Shown: positions 39,817 through 48,913, counted from the stretch's first letter. The stretch is 64,000 bases of DNA from Terriglobia bacterium (GCA_965198225.1 CBDAOY010000005.1:847065-911064); one strand, 5' to 3'. Notes: generated by a model from the sequence alone, not told the origin. Program-made: numbers and translations.

Positions 39817-39958
39817 CGGTCATCGCTGCGCGGTTTGAGCCGGCAGCGCCGCGCGTATCAAGTCCGCCTCTTCGGGCGTGAAGAGAAGACTCTCCCGGAA
39901 CGCCTTTTCCCAGCTCTTCAGATCCGTCCGCGCCTTCATGAATCCCTGTGGTGTTGTG
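39817..39958 (-). pseudogene. duplicated 3' end of the 40557-41204 gene
   Basis: About 140 bp highly similar to 40557-40695, including identical TCCGCCTCTTCGGGCGTGAAGAGAAGACTCTCCCGGAACGCCTTTTCCCAGCTCTTCAGATCCGT. Confidence 0.85.
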
Positions 39959-40040
39959 CGAGCTTGACTGTCCGGATCCCCGTTCCCGGGAGCGGATTAG
40001 GGAAGGGAAGTGGTAAAATTGCCCTCGAAGTCGATGAATC

Positions 40041-40232
40041 ATGTCTGAGGCAACACCCATCAAAGAAGAAGCCCGCCGACTCGTTGACGAGCTACCGGAA
40101 AACGCCACCTGGACGGATTTCGCGCGGCTGGTCATCGAGCGGCAGCGTGTCAAAGACGGAATCGCTGATCTGGACGCCGGCATTACGTGGAGCAGCGACG
40201 AGATTCGAGAGAAGCTCAGTATCCCCAAGTGA
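40041..40232 (+). CDS. putative antitoxin
   Basis: 63 aa, KEEARRLVDELPENATW.D..GIAD.DAG; GTGA overlap with the toxin gene. Confidence 0.8.
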   Translation: MSEATPIKEEARRLVDELPENATWTDFARLVIERQRVKDGIADLDAGITWSSDEIREKLSIPK

Positions 40233-40516
40233 AAGTCGTCTGGTCCGATCGGGCGCTTCGATCCCTGGCCGATATCCACTCTCACATTTCAGCCGATTCT
40301 TTGGACGCTGCGAACCGGACCGTCGATGCCATCTTGAAGCGTGGGGACCGGCTGGCTCAATTTCCACATCTCGGTCGTGTCGTCGAGCGTTACGCCCAGC
40401 CCGACATCCGTGAGTTGGTCGAGAGTCCGTACCGCATCGTGTATCGAGTACGCTCTGAATCGGTTGAAGTGATCGATGTCTTTCACTCGGCGCAACTCCC
40501 TCCTTGGGAACGCTGA
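40229..40516 (+). CDS. RelE/ParE family toxin
   Basis: V.WSDRA..L..I..HI..DS, L..FP..GR.V, RE....YRIVYR, V.VI.VFH. Confidence 0.9.
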   Translation: MKVVWSDRALRSLADIHSHISADSLDAANRTVDAILKRGDRLAQFPHLGRVVERYAQPDIRELVESPYRIVYRVRSESVEVIDVFHSAQLPPWER

Positions 40517-40556
40517 AGTATGAATACAAGGGGACCAGGACTGACTCCCCTGCCGT

Positions 40557-41204
40557 TCACTGCTGCGCGGTCTGTCCGAACAGCGCCGCGCGGATCAACT
40601 CCGCCTCTTCGGGCGTGAAGAGAAGACTCTCCCGGAACGCCTTTTCCCAGCTCTTCAGATCCGTGCGCGCCTTCATGATCCCCTTGGTGTTGTGGGCGCC
40701 GTGCGGAAGCATCAGATGTCCGGCCTCGTGTGCGATGACATGGCCGAGGACGAGCCCCCGGGCGGTTTTCAAGTTCGGAACGTGCGTCTTGCGGAGCACC
40801 TGGTCGGCCTGATCGTTGACGCGGCGAGAGAAAACATACGCCCGGCGAGCGCCCCGGCCGTCGTTGCCGACGGCGAAACCGGTGCAGGCGCTTGCCTGTT
40901 CGAACGGGCCGGCAAGGTGTGGAGGCAGAAGCACGATGGTCAGCTCGATCGCATTCCCCTCGGACATTCCTTCGTCACCGTCCATCCGCCAGACGATCTG
41001 AATTCCGATGTTCCGGTAGATCCGTTCGACGTGATCTCTTGCCGGGGTGAGGACTTTGTTCGGTATTCCAGCTTTGTTCACGACGTTCAGGATCAGTATT
41101 CGGACCGCATCGTTCGGCTCGGCGAAGGCCGTTGATCGAAGCAAACAGGCGTTCAAAGTCCAAACCAGAATCAAAGTGAAAAGACCGTGTCCCAATCGTG
41201 TCAT
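40557..41204 (-). CDS. secreted protein with a zincin-like HExGH motif
   Basis: Signal peptide, LGHVIAHEAGHLML..GAH...GIM (Met-turn-like). Confidence 0.7.
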   Translation of the reverse strand: MTRLGHGLFTLILVWTLNACLLRSTAFAEPNDAVRILILNVVNKAGIPNKVLTPARDHVERIYRNIGIQIVWRMDGDEGMSEGNAIELTIVLLPPHLAGPFEQASACTGFAVGNDGRGARRAYVFSRRVNDQADQVLRKTHVPNLKTARGLVLGHVIAHEAGHLMLPHGAHNTKGIMKARTDLKSWEKAFRESLLFTPEEAELIRAALFGQTAQQ

Positions 41205-41471
41205 CGCTGCCTCCCGGTGTCTCAGCGCGTTGTGCGCTCACCGGGAAAGCGAGAACCGAATGGGAAAACTTGAACGTTCCAGGAAATTTCTTGTTGGTAC
41301 CGATCTCGCGTCTGCCGGCCAGAACGCCCGAGAACACGCACGTCGACGGTCAAAGCTCAGCGTTCAAAGGGTTTAAGGGTGTCTGTCAGGAGTTCTAGGG
41401 GTGCTATACTGGTCCCACATTCAAACCGCATTCACACCACGGGATTGGTCGAACAGGGCGAGGATCACACG

Positions 41472-41747
41472 ATGGCGGACAGGTGGCGCCAGGTCGAGGA
41501 ACTCTTTCACCGCGCGCTGGAGCGCGAGGAGCCGGATCGGTCTGCGTTTCTGGACGAGGCTTGCGCCGGCGACGAGGCCCTGCGCCGGGACGTCGAATCA
41601 CTGCTCGTTGAGGAGGCCGAGTCCGGCTTCATGGAAACACCGGCGATGGAAGGCGAGGCGCGGGAACTGGCCCAGGAGAACCGGCCGGGTCTGGAAGGAC
41701 GCAGAATCGGGACCTTCGAAATCCTCTCGCTGCTGGGCCGGGGCGGG
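41472..41747 (+). pseudogene. N-terminal fragment of a Ser/Thr protein kinase
   Basis: DRWRQVEELFHRALE..R.AFLDEAC.GD..LR..VESLL, then G.FEILSLLGRGG; breaks inside the P-loop. Confidence 0.85.
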
Positions 41748-42362
41748 CAAAGGACCTTTCCGAGCGTCCAGTTCGAGCGGTATGCGGACGATGCCATCGT
41801 CCATTGCAGGAGCGAACGGCAGGCGCGAGCAGTATTGGAGGCCATTCGGGGTCGGTTCGAGCAGTGCGGTTTGGAGCTTCATCCTGTGAAGACCCGTATC
41901 GTTTACTGCAAGGACGACGACCGGCCTGGGGACTACGAACACGTCAAGTTCGACTTCCTCGGGTACACCTTCCAACCTCGGCGGGCGAAGAATCGCTGTT
42001 GGAAATTCTTCGTGAGCTTCCTACCGGCGATCAGCGCCAAGGCCGCCAAGAAGATCCGGGCCACCATCCGCGAATGGCGGATGGCGTCCACCAGGAACAA
42101 CCAGCGTCTGGAGGACTTGGCACGGCTCATCAACCCGTCGGTACGTGGCTGGATGAACTACTACGGACGGTTCTACCGGTCGAAGTGTGTTCAGGTCCTT
42201 CGCCATCTCAACGAGGCCCTCGCGGCATGGGCGCGATGGAAATACAAGCGGTTTCGGCGACGTGAGCGTGCGTCGATGCACTGGCTGGGGCGCATCGCGC
42301 GACGGGACAGGCAGCTGTTTGTCCTGTGGCAACTCGGCATCGTACCCGAGGCTGGAGAGTAG
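41748..42362 (+). pseudogene. C-terminal fragment of a group II intron RT/maturase (class D-like)
   Basis: FERYADD, LELHPVKTRIVYCKD, FDFLGY, INP.VRGW.NYYG; fused in frame to the kinase fragment. Confidence 0.9.
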
Positions 42363-42436
42363 GAGCCGGATGAGGCGAGAGTTTCACGTCCGGTTCTGGG
42401 AGGGCCCGGGGGGGAAGTTCCCCCGGGCTACTCGAC
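42362..42436 (+). ncRNA. group II intron domains V-VI (3' end of intron 1)
   Basis: GAGCCGGATGAGGCGAGAGTTTCACGTCCGGTTC, then a DVI hairpin ending CTACTCGAC. Confidence 0.92.
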
Positions 42437-42891
42437 GTGTGCCACGAGCACTGACGGGCGCAAGTCGGGTCAGTGCGCAACTGTTTCACTGATGAGGGAG
42501 GGCCCCTCGGAGCCGGCGTGCAGGAGCCGGCTTCAAACCACCTTCGGTGGCTGTGGTTAAAAGCCATGGTCGTGAGCGCAGAAGGAAAAGGCCCGGGAAG
42601 AACCGGGTCAGGTGGCTGGCAAGAAGAGGACCGCAAGGGAATCACTGATGACGTGTCGAAAGCGTAGGGACGATGTCAAAACCGTGGGGAGTCATTACCG
42701 CGGGATCAGTTCAGACGAGAATCTGCTTACGGGCTGAGCGGCATCCGGCATAAAGGTGGCCTGAGCTTGCCGAGAGGCGGTGAAACGGAACGTGGGAACC
42801 TGAGATTCCGATGCTAACGGAGACGCCACAAGTGGAAGAACCACGAGGGCCAGAGTACGAAAGCGGAGTCTCAGGGGCGGAATGGCCCGTA
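42437..42891 (+). ncRNA. group II intron 5' part (DI, DII, start of DIII; class D-like)
   Basis: Starts GTGTG directly after the previous intron end; contains GGAACGTGGGAACC and ends GGGGCGGAATGGCCCGTA(GT) at the DIII base. Confidence 0.8.
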
Positions 42892-43799
42892 GTGCGTGCC
42901 TGGCAGCACGCGTTTCCGGCGGGTTAAAGTCCCGCTCGGCCCGAGGCCACGGGTCGATATCCAACAAGTGGGGGTAATGCCTCACTGGCCGGAGTGTAGG
43001 CAGGTATGGCAGATGCCTAAACGGGCACGAAGGCGAAAGCCGGATACGGCCAAGGCAAAGCTGGAGCCAGCTACGGAAACTTTGGAGGGCAGGGCGCCCA
43101 CCGCGAGGTGGGGTCTGAAGGGCATGAGGAGAACCACCGGGTCGTAATCGACGGGAGCCATCCCGAGGATGAACCGGTCGGCCAAAGATGGGGAATGGTC
43201 GAGCCCGCACTATTGGGGCGAAGGCGCATTGGTTCCACCCCATCGCACCAAGGTGTGTGCGGGCGACACGGTGGAGAAGAGACGCGAGTGACCCAGGGAG
43301 GCCTGGTATCGTCCGAGCGGAAGGTAAGGTCGAGATGATGTGGCACCCGCAGACGAAAGGGCGGGCAACCGAGAAGACAAACATCGACCTAGAGCCCTGC
43401 GCGGTAGGTGCGGATATAAGCGAGAGCGAAATTCCGGCCGACGCGGTGTCAGGAATCGGATCGGGGAATAGTACTCAGGAACGAGACGGCAAACATAAGG
43501 TCTCGGATCGTTGCTTCGAGCAGCGGCGCTGGCGGGTCCAAAAGGCCCGTTGGAGGGGGAAGTCCCCGTACTCAGTCGTGAATGTGCGAGCGATGGGAAA
43601 CGCGGAGATATCGTGGAATTGGATAGTTCCCTTAGCGAAAGACCCAAACGCGGTACGAACGAAGCCGCCACCTGCCGCCACACAGCGAATTCCGAACGAG
43701 GAGCAACTGAGGAAAGCGGCTTGCGGGAAAACCGCACGAGCCGTTTGATTGAGCGGACGGTGGAAGGGCGGAGATCGGCCCGACCACTTTCGACTCTAC
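42892..43799 (+). ncRNA. apparently complete ORF-less group II intron (~0.9 kb)
   Basis: 5' GTGCG (or GCGTG at 42894), own DIII (GGATCGGGGAATAGTACTC..GGGGGAAGTCCCCG), short DIV, DV GAAAGCGGCTTGCGGGAAAACCGCACGAGCCGTTTG (43712-43747), DVI ending CGACTCTAC. Confidence 0.78.
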
Positions 43800-45335
43800 A
43801 CTCCGAGGTCGGGAGAGCCGATCACATGGGGAAGCGGCCAGCAGAAGTGGACTCGTTCTTGGGAAACATGAGCTCCATGCAACGGGAGGATACGGTCCTC
43901 TATGCAACGAGAGGAACAACCAGTCATGGAAACGAAACTGGAACGAATAGCGGCGAAAGCTCGGAGTGAGCCAAAGCTCCGGTTCACGTCACTGGCGCAT
44001 CATGTCACCCGAGAGCGTGTGTGGAAGAACCTGTGTCAAGTGCCCCGCAACACGGCTCCCGGATGTGATGGTCAGAGGGTACCGGAGGCGAAGGAGGAAT
44101 TCGGAGTCTGGGTGGAGCCAATGCTCCAGTCTGTTCACCAGAAGGGATATCGCGCTCCGCCGATTCGGCGGGTGTATATCCCCAAGCCCGGCAAGCAGGA
44201 GAAACGTCCCCTGGGCGTGCCCTGTGTTCAAGATCGGGCCCTTCAGCGCAGCGTGGCCGAGGTATTGGTCGCCATCTACGAGCAGGACTTCTTGCCCTGT
44301 TCCTTTGGTGGCCGGCCTGGGCTGGGCGCCCACAATGCACTGGCAACCCTCCATGAGGTGATTTCCGGATGCAAGGTGAGTTGGGTGTTGGAGGCGGACT
44401 TGAAGAACTTTTTCGGGAGTTTAGACCATGGATGGCTACTCCGCTTTGTGGAGCATCGAGTCGGAGATCCGCGGATCATCAGTCTGATACGACGATGGTT
44501 AAAGGCGGGCGTTTTCGAAGACGGGGAATTGCATTCGAACGAAGAGGGAACCCCGCAAGGTGGGTCGATCAGCGTTCTGCTGAGCAATCTGTACCTGCAT
44601 TATGTGCTTGACCTGTGGTTTGACCGGATGGTCCGGCCACGCCTGAAGGGTGAAGCGTATCTGGTGCGGTACATCGACGACTTTGTCGTGTGTTTCCAAT
44701 ATCGGGACGATGCGCTTCGTTTCCAGAACGTTCTGCGCAAGCGACTGGGAAAGTTTGGACTGGTTCCGGAGCCGACCAAGACGAAGCTCGTCGAATTCGG
44801 CCGCTATGCCCAGCGCGATGTCGTCCGGCGCGGGAGAAAACGTCCAGAGACGATCTATTTTCTGGGCATGACCCTGTACTGTACGCGTAATCGCAAAGGC
44901 AATTTTAGAGTGGGACTGCGAACAGAGAAGTCTCGACTTCGACGCAGTCTGGCTCATCTACGCGGCGTGATGAGGCGAATGCGTCACTTGCCGGTCCGGG
45001 AGCAAGTGCACAATCTGAACCGAGTCTTGCGCGGGCACTACGCCTACTATGGCATTGCCGGGAACCTCCGGGCTCTGCAGCACGTCGCTCGGGCCGTGGA
45101 ACGTTACTGGCGCCAAATGCTCAGCAGTCGTAGTCGTGCAGGCTTCGTCCGGTGGGAAGTATTCAACCGGATTCAGCTGCACTTTCCGTTACAGCGTCCC
45201 AAGTTGGCTCTCCGCTATCGGGAGTTCCAGTCTCTCGCTGTGCTGTAAATCCAATTCTGAAGAGCGCAGTGCGGGAAATCCGCACGCTGCGTTCTGTGGG
45301 AGCCGGAGGCGGGCAACTGCCTCCGGCCACCCGGT
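43800..45335 (+). mobile_element. group II intron 3' part (rest of DIII, DIV with RT, DV, DVI)
   Basis: DIII remainder CTCCGAGGTCGGGAGAGCCGATCACATGGGGAAG; DV AGAGCGCAGTGCGGGAAATCCGCACGCTGCGTTCT; DVI ending CCACCCGGT. Confidence 0.85.
43926..45248 (+). CDS. ltrA: group II intron reverse transcriptase/maturase without an endonuclease domain
   Basis: RFTSLAHH, APG.DG, RRVYIPK..RPLG.P, ADLKNFF, GTPQGG, RYIDD, FLG, LRGHYAYYG. The ORF is intact. Confidence 0.95.
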   Translation: METKLERIAAKARSEPKLRFTSLAHHVTRERVWKNLCQVPRNTAPGCDGQRVPEAKEEFGVWVEPMLQSVHQKGYRAPPIRRVYIPKPGKQEKRPLGVPCVQDRALQRSVAEVLVAIYEQDFLPCSFGGRPGLGAHNALATLHEVISGCKVSWVLEADLKNFFGSLDHGWLLRFVEHRVGDPRIISLIRRWLKAGVFEDGELHSNEEGTPQGGSISVLLSNLYLHYVLDLWFDRMVRPRLKGEAYLVRYIDDFVVCFQYRDDALRFQNVLRKRLGKFGLVPEPTKTKLVEFGRYAQRDVVRRGRKRPETIYFLGMTLYCTRNRKGNFRVGLRTEKSRLRRSLAHLRGVMRRMRHLPVREQVHNLNRVLRGHYAYYGIAGNLRALQHVARAVERYWRQMLSSRSRAGFVRWEVFNRIQLHFPLQRPKLALRYREFQSLAVL

Positions 45336-45444
45336 GCGACTGGAAACGAAGCCACGGCGAGGAGTGAGGCACCGGAATCGGCGAAAGCCACCGGCAACAG
45401 CTACCCCCTTTGCCTACCGCCACCGCGCCAGTCGTCGACTCTAC
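45336..45444 (+). ncRNA. second, extended group II intron domain VI
   Basis: CGACTGG..CCAGTCG stem with a large insert, ending CGACTCTAC (bulged A plus AC end). Confidence 0.7.
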
Positions 45445-45604
45445 ACGAATGTGGGCGCTACCCTAAACTGGCGCAGAAGAGCTTCGGATTCTGGAACAAC
45501 GACGCGGATGCCGTCTACGATCAGTTATAGGGGGGGGGGAGGAGACGTCGTTCTCGTTTCCGTTTTACCGACCTTACCTCCACGAAGCGCCGGTCAGCAC
45601 TCTC

Positions 45605-46324
45605 CTAATCCATCCATGCTGTGAACCTTTCTCGTTTTGGCGGATCGCTCATCCATGAAGTGTCAGGCAGCGGCAGGTCCTGGGCTTCTTTCACCGTCAG
45701 CCAGCCGCCTGGCAGGGGCATCGTGTGCCTGTAGTCGCGGCGCGTGATCCACGCGAGTTCCTTGAGGTCCTCGCACAATACGGCCAGTTCGGCCGTCACC
45801 ATCGTGTCCTGGGTCACGTAGGCCAGGACGTCATCGTACCGCCCCTCGGCCCATGCGGCCGGCGCTTCTGCTCCGCTCATCTCGGCGAGCTTGCCCGCGA
45901 TCTCCATCCCTTCGGCGGCTTTCTGAAGGCTGATCGGATGGCCGAGAACGCAGAGCGCGTGAAACAACATATCGACGTGGTTCATGGCCAGCTCGACGCA
46001 TTCGGCCCGCCTGCCGGATTCCTCGGCAACGATGTCGAAATCGAACCCCGCGCCGTTCCAGGTGACGAGCGTATAGCCGTCGTCGACATAACGCTCAAGG
46101 TCGTCGATCATGCCTCCGGCTTCCGTTTCCGACATCCGCGGCGCGGGATCGCCGCTCGATGTCCAACCGTGCCACGCGAGGGTCTCGCCCGTATCGCTGA
46201 GAGATGCGGCAGCGCAACTGATCCCTAGCGGCCGATATGCGAGGATCTCCGATGCGCCTTCGGGCAATACCTGGGCCGTTTCGATGTCGAAGGCGATGTA
46301 ACGGGTGGGAAAGAGGTTGGGCAT
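45605..46324 (-). CDS. RNase H-like / DEDD 3'-5' exonuclease domain protein
   Basis: AFDIET, VTWNG.GFDF, H.D, SL...A, Y..QD. Confidence 0.8.
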   Translation of the reverse strand: MPNLFPTRYIAFDIETAQVLPEGASEILAYRPLGISCAAASLSDTGETLAWHGWTSSGDPAPRMSETEAGGMIDDLERYVDDGYTLVTWNGAGFDFDIVAEESGRRAECVELAMNHVDMLFHALCVLGHPISLQKAAEGMEIAGKLAEMSGAEAPAAWAEGRYDDVLAYVTQDTMVTAELAVLCEDLKELAWITRRDYRHTMPLPGGWLTVKEAQDLPLPDTSWMSDPPKRERFTAWMD

Positions 46325-46476
46325 GGTGTGGGAGTAATTCTCATCGAGGCGGGGTTCATGCCAGGTCCCGGGGCATTCCCTTACACCGCCGACACGCAGA
46401 TCCTGTATTGTATTCGGCGGCAACGGCCACCAGCAGAATCTGCAATCGTGAACATGAAGACCTGCAAGAAGAGTCG

Positions 46477-47274
46477 ATGCGCTTAGCCTCCTGGAACGTG
46501 AACGGCATCCGGGCCGCGATCAAGAAAGGCTTCGCCGCCGCGCTCGAGGGTATGGCCGTGGACGTTCTCTGCCTGCAGGAAACCAAGGCCCAGAACGCAC
46601 AGGTGCTCGAGGCCCTGGCCGGCATCGGTGGCTATCGGATCTACACGAATTCGGCGGAAAAGAAAGGCTATGCCGGTACTGCGATCCTCACGCGCCGCGA
46701 ACCGCTCTCGATCCGCAAGGACATGGGCGTGGCAGTCCACGACCGGGAGGGGCGCGTCCTGGCCGTCGAGATGGATTCCTATTTTCTCGTCACGACTTAC
46801 ACGCCCAATTCGGGCGAGGGGCTGCGGCGGCTGGAATACCGCCAGCAGTGGGATGCGGACTTTCTAAAGTACGTGAAGAAACTGGAAAAAGAGAAGCCCG
46901 TGGTCCTCTGCGGTGACCTGAACGTAGCCCATACTGAGATGGATATCGCCCGTCCCCAGGCGAATTACAACAAGAGCCCCGGCTATACGCAGGCCGAGAT
47001 CGACGGCATGAACTGCCTGATCGACTCCGGACTGGTCGATACCTTCCGGCACAAGAACCCAGACCAGGTCAAGTACAGCTGGTGGAGCTTCCGCGCCGGC
47101 GCCCGGGCGCGAAACGTGGGTTGGAGAATCGACTACTTTCTGGTGTCGGAGGCCCTGCGCGACCAGATCGCCCACGCCGATATTCTGAATGAGGTTGAGG
47201 GCTCGGATCACTGTCCGGTGGTGCTGGAGTTGGGGAGTGGGAAGAAAGCGGCGGGGAAGGGGAAGAAGGGGTGA
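46477..47274 (+). CDS. xth: exodeoxyribonuclease III
   Basis: SWNVNGIRA, LQETK, KGYAG, EGR, Y.PN, GDLNVAH, GWRIDYF, SDHCP. Confidence 0.96.
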   Translation: MRLASWNVNGIRAAIKKGFAAALEGMAVDVLCLQETKAQNAQVLEALAGIGGYRIYTNSAEKKGYAGTAILTRREPLSIRKDMGVAVHDREGRVLAVEMDSYFLVTTYTPNSGEGLRRLEYRQQWDADFLKYVKKLEKEKPVVLCGDLNVAHTEMDIARPQANYNKSPGYTQAEIDGMNCLIDSGLVDTFRHKNPDQVKYSWWSFRAGARARNVGWRIDYFLVSEALRDQIAHADILNEVEGSDHCPVVLELGSGKKAAGKGKKG

Positions 47275-47301
47275 CAAGAAAGTCCAGATCCCGATAGCCG
47301 A

Positions 47302-48288
47302 ATGAGCACAGACAGCTTTGTAGCCATTGACGTCGAGACCGCCAATGCGGACCTTGCCAGTATCTGCCAGATCGGCCTGGTGACGTTTGCCGACGGACAG
47401 ATCGTGTCCGGGTGGCAGTCGCTGATCGACCCGGAAGACGAGTTCAACGAGATCAATATCTCAATTCATGGCATCGACGAATCCTCTGTTCAAGGCGCTC
47501 CGCACTTCAACGACCTTGCTGTCCATATTGGCAAGACACTCGAAGGTCAGGTTGTTGCGAGCCATACCTCTTTCGATCGTGTGGCCCTCCACCGTGTTCA
47601 TACGAAGTACGCGCTTCCGATGGTCGAGTGCCGGTGGCTGGATACAGCTCGGGTCGTTCGCAGGGCTTGGACACAATTTGCGAAGCGTGGGTACGGGCTT
47701 GCCCAAGTCTCTGAGTTCTGTGGCATTCAGTTTCAACACCACAGTGCTGTCGAGGACGCCCGAGCGGCCGGAGAAATCCTGGTCCGGGCGATCTCGGAGA
47801 CCGGTCTCGGGCTCCATGATTGGCTGGTGCGGATCCAGCAACCCATTGACTCCTACGGGGAGGCGCATGCCCGGGCTGGCAATCCAGACGGTGAGCTGTT
47901 CGGTGAAGAGGTCGTATTTACTGGAGCCCTTTCAATGTCCAGGCGCGAAGCTACTGATTTGGCCGCGACAGCGGGTTGTGCTGTACCGGGTTCCGTTCGG
48001 AAGACCACAACGCTTCTGGTCGTCGGCGATCAGGACATAAGGAAGCTTGGCGGTAAGACGAAGAGTTCGAAGCACCGAAAAGCGGAGCAACTGATCTCGG
48101 AAGGACAGCCGATTCGAGTTCTGACTGAATCGGACTTTAGATCCCTGGTAGAGAGTCAGGCAAGCTCTTTTTCCAAAGCCAGCCAGCAGTCTTCGACCGA
48201 CCTCGGCAACTTCATTGCTTCTGCTATTCGAGAACAATGTTCGAGGAATATGGTCTCGACATCGCTCTTCAAGTCCCTGCTTCTTTGA
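47302..48288 (+). CDS. DnaQ-like exonuclease fused to a BRCT domain
   Basis: AIDVETAN, SICQIG, HH.A.EDA, then VVFTGAL..SR..A..G..V.K.T..LVVG..KS.K..KA. Confidence 0.9.
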   Translation: MSTDSFVAIDVETANADLASICQIGLVTFADGQIVSGWQSLIDPEDEFNEINISIHGIDESSVQGAPHFNDLAVHIGKTLEGQVVASHTSFDRVALHRVHTKYALPMVECRWLDTARVVRRAWTQFAKRGYGLAQVSEFCGIQFQHHSAVEDARAAGEILVRAISETGLGLHDWLVRIQQPIDSYGEAHARAGNPDGELFGEEVVFTGALSMSRREATDLAATAGCAVPGSVRKTTTLLVVGDQDIRKLGGKTKSSKHRKAEQLISEGQPIRVLTESDFRSLVESQASSFSKASQQSSTDLGNFIASAIREQCSRNMVSTSLFKSLLL

Positions 48289-48622
48289 GATTTTATGGAT
48301 TCGATCAACGATGCCCGGAGCCAGGAAAGCGCTGTGCTCCGGATCGAATGCCGGGAAACGACTCATTAGATCCGGGTCACTCATTCCTCCCACGTTGTTA
48401 GGCCCGTTCAGATCGAGATAGCAGACTTCAAGATAGGTTCGAAGGGCTGCGTCGAGTTTCATTCGACGCCGCAGAATTTCTCCGGTTTGGAACTTGGCGT
48501 TCCGATACAGGCCCCAGTCTCCTTCGCCTGCGTGCGTCAGTAGAGCTTCGTTTGCAAGGCTCCAATTGATGTCATCCTCGGACGGCTCTCGTCCTCCGAA
48601 TCTCTTTCTGAGGCGAGTCGGA
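48230..48622 (-). pseudogene. fragment of a hypothetical protein
   Basis: Protein-like stretch (WGLYRNAKFQ..YLEVCYLDLNGPNN..FLAPGI) with no clear start, cut by the IS21-like remnant and overlapping the DnaQ 3' end. Confidence 0.45.
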
Positions 48623-48913
48623 ATGAAAACGGAACGGAACAAGACAAACCAGTGGCCTGTGGAAAATGACGCCTATGGGAATCCACAAAAAACGTGGATT
48701 CCCACAGCCTTGGAAAAGCCTGCGACTTTCCCACATTTACACACAGGCCCGGCGACCAACAACAACGTTATGAAAGGATTCAAACAAGAATCGTGGACTT
48801 CGGGAGGTCTAAACTGAGATCCTAAACTTCGCTTCGCTCCGGCGGGTGATCACAATCACCGGAATCCGTGATCAGGATCCCGGAACTGCTGATCACGTTC
48901 AGCGGAATACACA
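48623..48913 (+). mobile_element. IS21-family right-end remnant
   Basis: Palindromic GCCTGTGGAAA..TTTCCCACA..ACAGGC block, three TGATCA(C/G)..CGGAA direct repeats, terminal GGAATACACA. Confidence 0.65.

Noticed and set aside
43926-45248. RT as a retron, DGR or defence RT
   Set aside because: It has a maturase X domain and is followed directly by DV/DVI; there is no TR/VR pair or msr-msd.
45334-45338. GTGCG as the start of a further intron
   Set aside because: The following bases pair with CCAGTCG as a DVI stem and end within 110 nt; there is no DI.
45528-45539. poly-G tract as a phase-variation switch
   Set aside because: It lies after a stop codon of a gene fragment, with no promoter or ORF to switch.
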